Below, in pieces: positions 58,641 to 64,000 of a DNA stretch of 64,000 nucleotides (its first letter is position 1; each line of letters begins with the position of its first letter). Made by a program: the position numbers and the translations under genes. The stretch is from Eledone cirrhosa (Eukaryota), in NCBI GenBank assembly GCA_964016885.1, contig OZ024740.1, positions 200,942,001 to 201,006,000 of the forward strand, given 5' to 3'. The notes below the pieces were generated by a model. The model was not told the DNA's origin. It made no database searches and saw only the letters and a program-made list of their open reading frames with translations.

Positions 58641-58959
58641 GGGGACTACTGAAGAGGACTACTAAATTCTAGGTTTATTCGGGACAAGAGACCGGGAAAT
58701 TACAACAATATTATTTCAATGAGAGAAATGTGTTACTGAGAAGCCCAGACTGTAGACATACGGACTAATATACATATAGTAGAACCTGGATGGGATAACA
58801 CCAAACTTTGACATTGAGAATTGAACCAATCTTGAACTGTGTGTGGGGGGGGGGGGCGAAAGCTCACACCTATGCAGGTTTAGCTGGCATCCTCCAAGGT
58901 ATATCTCGTTGGAGGTGTCTTGGATAATTTAAGGATAGGGACCCCAGTCCTATCATCTC

Positions 58960-59094
58960 ATTTCTACAGCTGAGTAAACTGGAGCAACGTGAAATAAAGT
59001 GTCTTGCTCAAGGAAACAACATATCACCCGGTCCAAGAATTGAACTCACACCCATTCGATTGCAATTCCAATGCTTTAACCACTCAGCCATGCG
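58960..59094 (-). mobile_element. CORE-like tRNA SINE remnant
   Basis: aagtgtcttgctcaagg..aattgaactc..ctttaaccactcagccatgc. Confidence 0.65.
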
Positions 59095-59489
59095 TGATCA
59101 TTTGTAGATCATTTCAAGAAGCATCTCTACATTGTTCTGTCTAAGATTTCAGATGAGCCTGCTGCGTGGCAAGAAGCACAAATGAGGAGGACTCTGTTAA
59201 ACTTAGTCATTCATCAATAGCTAACCAAGGAGGGGCAGCTATATAAAGTATAGCAACAATGGCAGTACCCCAGCATGGCCTCCGCCCAAAATTGGAACAA
59301 TTAAAGATTAAAAAGTATGTATGTGATTTAAATCTAAGATCACCGGAGGTATACCAACTCGATTTACTACTGAAATACCTCATGCTATTCTCGATATAAA
59401 ATAAACCATGCTAGAGTTTTAAATAAATATCTGATCGCCTTACTATTGTTTTATGAGCTTATAAAATTTACTCTCTCTCGCTCTCTTTT

Positions 59490-59562
<73 letters not shown>

Positions 59563-59563
<1 letters not shown>

Positions 59564-61905
59564 ATGGAAAAATTTGAACAGGGACAAAACAGAGAGGCAG
59601 TACAACGAATGTTTATTAATTTCACGCTCTGGAGAGTGGGGTGTTGGTGGGGGACGATGTTTCGGGCATAAGCCCTTCCTCAGGTGAGAAGTGTGTGGGA
59701 ACAGAGTTCAAAGGGTGTGTAGGGGAGTGATGGAGAGACATATAGCGAAAGGAATCGGTGCGAATGAAAAAATAAAAAATTAAAAATAAAGATAAAAATA
59801 AAAATAAAGCATGATCAAAATACAAGGAATGAGATAAATTTAAAAATAAAGGCATGATCAAAATAAACTGAAATTAAAAGGGGGGTAAACAGGTGGTAGA
59901 AGGGTGTGGTGTGTGTAGGGGTGGTGGCGGGTGGAGTGGGGAGAGGGAGACGGGGTGTCCGAGCGGGGAGGGCTGAAGGTGGTGTGTGTGTGTAGGTGTG
60001 CGTGTGTGTGTGTGTGTGTGTGTATGTGAAAGTAAGGGTTGGGGGAAGAACGGGGTTGCATGTTCAGGAAGAGGTGTGTGTGGGGGGGTTGTGGGTCGGA
60101 GTGTCTGTGCGTGTGTGGATAGAGGGGTGGGGGGAGAGGAATCAGGAGGCTGAGGGTGTAAATATGTGGTGGAAAGCACGTGTGTGTGGGGTTTAAGCGT
60201 GTGTGGGTGTAGGTGGCGAGTGGAGAAAAAAAATGTTTTTGGGGTGTGTGTGTGGGTGAGTTATATAGGTGATTACGTAAGAGGATGGTTGAAAAGTTGG
60301 TAAATTCCGAAGATGTTTAGTGGATTGGTTGTTGGTCAATTTCTGCGTGTGGGTATTCCATGAAGCGATGGTCGGAAGAGGAGAGATGTGGGGTGCGCGC
60401 GCAACAGGAAGTGGTCAGCAGTGGGAGTGTTGTGGTCTGTTTGTGCCGGGAGGTGGTCAGAGGGCATAGCAGCAGTCGGTGGAATGGTAAAGGGGCGAGG
60501 ATGGGTAGGTGTGAAAGTTGGAGTGAGGAGGGTGTGTTTTTGTGTATTAGTAGGGGTGTTAGTGGGATGAGTGAGTGTGGAGCGAGGGTGTGGGTGGAGC
60601 GGGGAGAGAAGGGTGTGTGTGGTTCTATGGAGGGAGTGTGGTGTACTAGTGTGTGTGTAGTTTGATGAAGAGGTGTTAGTGGGTGTTAGTATACGGGAGG
60701 TGAGGAGGGGTTGAATGCAGGTGTGAGTGGGGGTTAGTGGTGGTAGGGTGTGTAGAGTTGGTGGTGTACGAGGGTGTGTGGGTACGTGTGCGTGGGGTTG
60801 GGGGGTGTTAGTGATGTTAGTTTCGTGTGGGTGAGTGGTGTAAGTGGGTGCGTGTGTTCGTGTGCTTGGGGTTAGGGGGTGTTAGTGAGGTTAGTTGCGG
60901 GGTGGTGGGATGGAGGTATGGGGGTGAGAGGTGTGGGGGTGAGGGTTAGTGGTGGTAGTAGGGTGTGTTTAGTGTGAGCGCGTGTATATATGTGCCGGTG
61001 GGTGTGTGCGTGTGATAAGGAGGAGGGAGGAGGAGAAGAGGGCAGGGAAGGGATGTTAGTATGTTAGTTGGGGAAGAGTGGTCAGATGAGGGGTGGAGTG
61101 GAGGTGTTAGTATTGTTAGTTGTGGGGTGGGCGGTGAAAAGGAGGGGTGTGTTAGTGGTGTTAGTGGGGGATAAGTGTGGAGGGAGGGGGGCGGTCGAAG
61201 GCTAAAGGAATAAGGGTGGGGAGTTCAGGCCGGGGGGAGTGTGGGTCTGTAAGATGAAGATAGTTCGTTGTTCGACCATAAGGCGATTGGCGGGTGTTCC
61301 GTGGCACTGGAGTAGACCACAGACTGTGAGATGGCGTGCGGAATGTCCAGGGCCACCAAAATGGCGGGCGATGGGGGAACTGCCCCCGAGACGAATATCC
61401 CGGAGGTGCTCCGTGACTCGGTCCGCCAGGCTACGTCCCGTCTGTCCGACATAAGTTGGAGGAGGTGCAGCGGAAGGCATGCCGGACCGAGAGAGAGTGG
61501 CCGTTGGGACCCTGGAAGGTGGTGGTGTTGGTGATGTGGGGACAGGTGTTGCAGCGGGGCCTAGAACATGGAAAGGAACCGGGGGGAAACAGAGCGTGGG
61601 TTTGGGGGTAGGGAGCTGTGGACGAGGAGGGTGCGGAGATTGCGTGCGCGTTTGAAGGAGGGGAGTGGTGGGGTTGGGAAGATGTGGGAGGTGGAGGGAT
61701 CGGACTGGAGGTGTCGGAAGAGGCGGCGGATGGTGCGGTGGGGGGGGGGGGGTAAGGTGGAGGGGTGGTAGGTGATGGGGAAGGGGAGACGGTGGGTGGG
61801 TGTGCGGTGGCGTGGGGTGAGGGTGGTGGAGCGGGGGACAGCACGGGCGCGGGTGAGAGCGGTGTGGACGAGAGAGGGGGGGTAACCTCTGCGGATGAAA
61901 TGGCT
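59563..61905 (-). mobile_element. 5'-truncated Neptune-like PLE (GIY-YIG end, long C-rich 3' UTR, HHR-like core)
   Basis: RNLRTLLVHS, GSFPCSRPRCNTCPHI, FRCTSSNL, TYVGQTGRSLADRVTEH, PGLN in 61202-61850; CTGAGGA a gggc ttat gccc GAAA at ~59652-59683 (stem I not evident). Confidence 0.85.
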
Positions 61906-61913
61906 GACTATAT

Positions 61914-62157
<244 letters not shown>

Positions 62158-63762
62158 CTATGCATGTATATTATTCCAGTAAGCAGAGTCAAGGAAATAG
62201 GCGTTTCGTTCAACTAATATGCCAGATTTTTGCACCATATTTTCATAGATTTAGTCATTCCTACTAACTCAACGTAGTTTTCAGGATTGAAATATTGTAT
62301 ATCTTACGAGTTAAAAGATGAACATGTAACAAACAAGTTGCTTCTCTCCCAGCCTTACATTGAAAACTTTCAAGTACATGTTCGAAGTAGTTATCATATT
62401 GCAAGGCATAAACTTCTTGAATGAGAATGTCATTAGTGAGAAATGGAAGAAGTTATCTACAAACAATATTAATGACAAGATAACCAGCACGATTACATCA
62501 AGTAGAATAAATCACCTGCCATTGCAAGAAATAAAGCTGAATGCCACATCCATTTTCCTTGTAACAATACTGCTATTATTGAATGATAAATTGAATGTCA
62601 CTCAATTATCTTAATTATCAATTCTGGCGATATTCTGACTCGAATTGAAGGTAAACATTATATACATAATTCAAGTGATCAGTCACATGTTTCTCGTTAA
62701 GTTTTCGACATGACTTGTGAGGATTTCATGTAATATCAAGAAGAATATTTCAACACTCTTTAGCTCAAGGGTTACTGAAAACTAGAAAAGAAAACGCTAA
62801 ACTGATTGAGCTTATTTTTATATTGGCTCTAACACTCTCATAAAAGTACTTTCCAAGCTAGATTTTACATTGAAAGTGTATATTACCTGTGAGGACTGAT
62901 ATATATCAGCTAGAAGGATTTTTTTTATAATGAAAACTAACAGATTTTAAACATGACTATACTTCTTATTTTATAGCAGTGGCAACTTCTGACCAAGACT
63001 GTTAATATCCCTAGAAAAGCAGGTAAAATGAAAGTTAGAAAATAGTACAAAACTCTCAAGAAAGCTGGATAGCAGAAGGTCTTCAGAAAAGAACCCCTTC
63101 TCCTTAACCAAAGGTTTCGGCCCTTAGTTTCTTACACACGGGGGTGGGGCACCTGCATCCAGGTCATGACTCCTTGGTGCCCTGTTGCTGACATTTTACC
63201 ATTAAGATATCTAAGAGTTGTGAATTTAAACCGTTTAGAGATTTTGTTGAAAGGATCTAGCTGGAACTCTTTTGCGTCAACTCTGCTTTATTGAGTTTGG
63301 AAACATAACATTGTAGTCATGGTAGCTGGGAGACAGTATCACCGCTGCTGCCAATCCTATGACCACGACTCACTTACAATAATGAACTAATTAACTACCT
63401 ATCGCTGACTTTTATTTTATTTTCATTGTTCTGTACACACACACACATATATAAATAACTCCGTAACTTGGGCAGATTCTTCTTCGACGAGACCTTACGC
63501 GGTGGTCGCCTACCACAAACACTACTGAAAACAACGCTTAATCTCACTGAAACCATCATTCCAAGCACACATTGAGTTCTAACAACGTTATCAACCCCAC
63601 CACAAGCAGGTAGAAAAGAATGTAAATATATATATATATTTTTTTTTTTTACATTCTTTAACTATATATTAAACTCTTTATTACATTCTTTAACTATATA
63701 TATGTAGATTTAACACTTCACTGCTCGCAAGTGTTTTTTAAGCTTCATATCATGTCTCCCTA

Positions 63763-63829
63763 TGTTATCTGATGAGAACGCAAATATCATACCATGATGA
63801 TATTTGTTTTTGAAATGCGCATAATAAAA
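63763..63829 (+). ncRNA. hammerhead in a solo pLTR fragment (~63700-63868) of the 26205-29383 PLE family
   Basis: gttat CTGATGA gaacgcaaatatcat..atgatatttgttttt GAAA tgcgca TA ataaaa; the following 3' end matches 29256-29295 and stops at (TA)n. Confidence 0.85.
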
Positions 63830-64000
63830 TACATGGAACTCTTTTAACCATCTTTTGATTTTATATTATATATATATATTAATTCATCATTGAGCCACAT
63901 CGTGAATGGTTGCCAAAAACATATATATATCTATGACTTTGTCTAGTTTGTGTATATGTAAATCTTTATATTTGATAATCTCCCATAAGGTTGAGATGCA

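Noticed and set aside
62200-62900. Possible hAT transposase C-terminal remnant on the minus strand (ESTF..KNKL)
   Set aside because: Too decayed; no TIR or TSD identified

Overview
AT-rich, microsatellite-saturated eukaryotic intergenic/intronic DNA. The SINE, R4/Dong and RTE content suggests an octopod cephalopod (inference). No host protein-coding gene can be supported, and most listed ORFs are translations of (TA)n/(CA)n/(TACA)n repeats. Recognisable elements: a full-length but frameshifted Tx1/L1 LINE in (TATC)n with two tandem 3' stubs; two more Tx1 remnants; a Ty3/Gypsy LTR element with a tRNA-Trp PBS; R4/Dong and RTE fragments; a Tc1/mariner relic and a MITE; many tRNA-derived SINEs; and four coding Penelope-like elements (PLEs; three with a CxCx5Cx5C-type linker, one Neptune-like). 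The dominant unexplained structure is more than 15 fold-back (palindromic) insertions, 0.15-4.5 kb long, mostly in (TA)n. Most carry a minimal type I hammerhead ribozyme (HHR) or its 3' half, and most have an unpaired 60-160 bp tail on one arm. Across otherwise dissimilar families the tail opens with a conserved TA-rich + ACTC...GAGT(GCT) stem-loop. The tail-less arm stops just before that motif, and an ORF-less 837-bp terminally redundant HHR unit (retrozyme-like) starts at it. Several fold-back centres coincide with HHR stem II, and natural HHR core variants occur (U3-A8, U4A, 60-85 nt stem II inserts). All coordinates were read by eye and may be off by a few bases.
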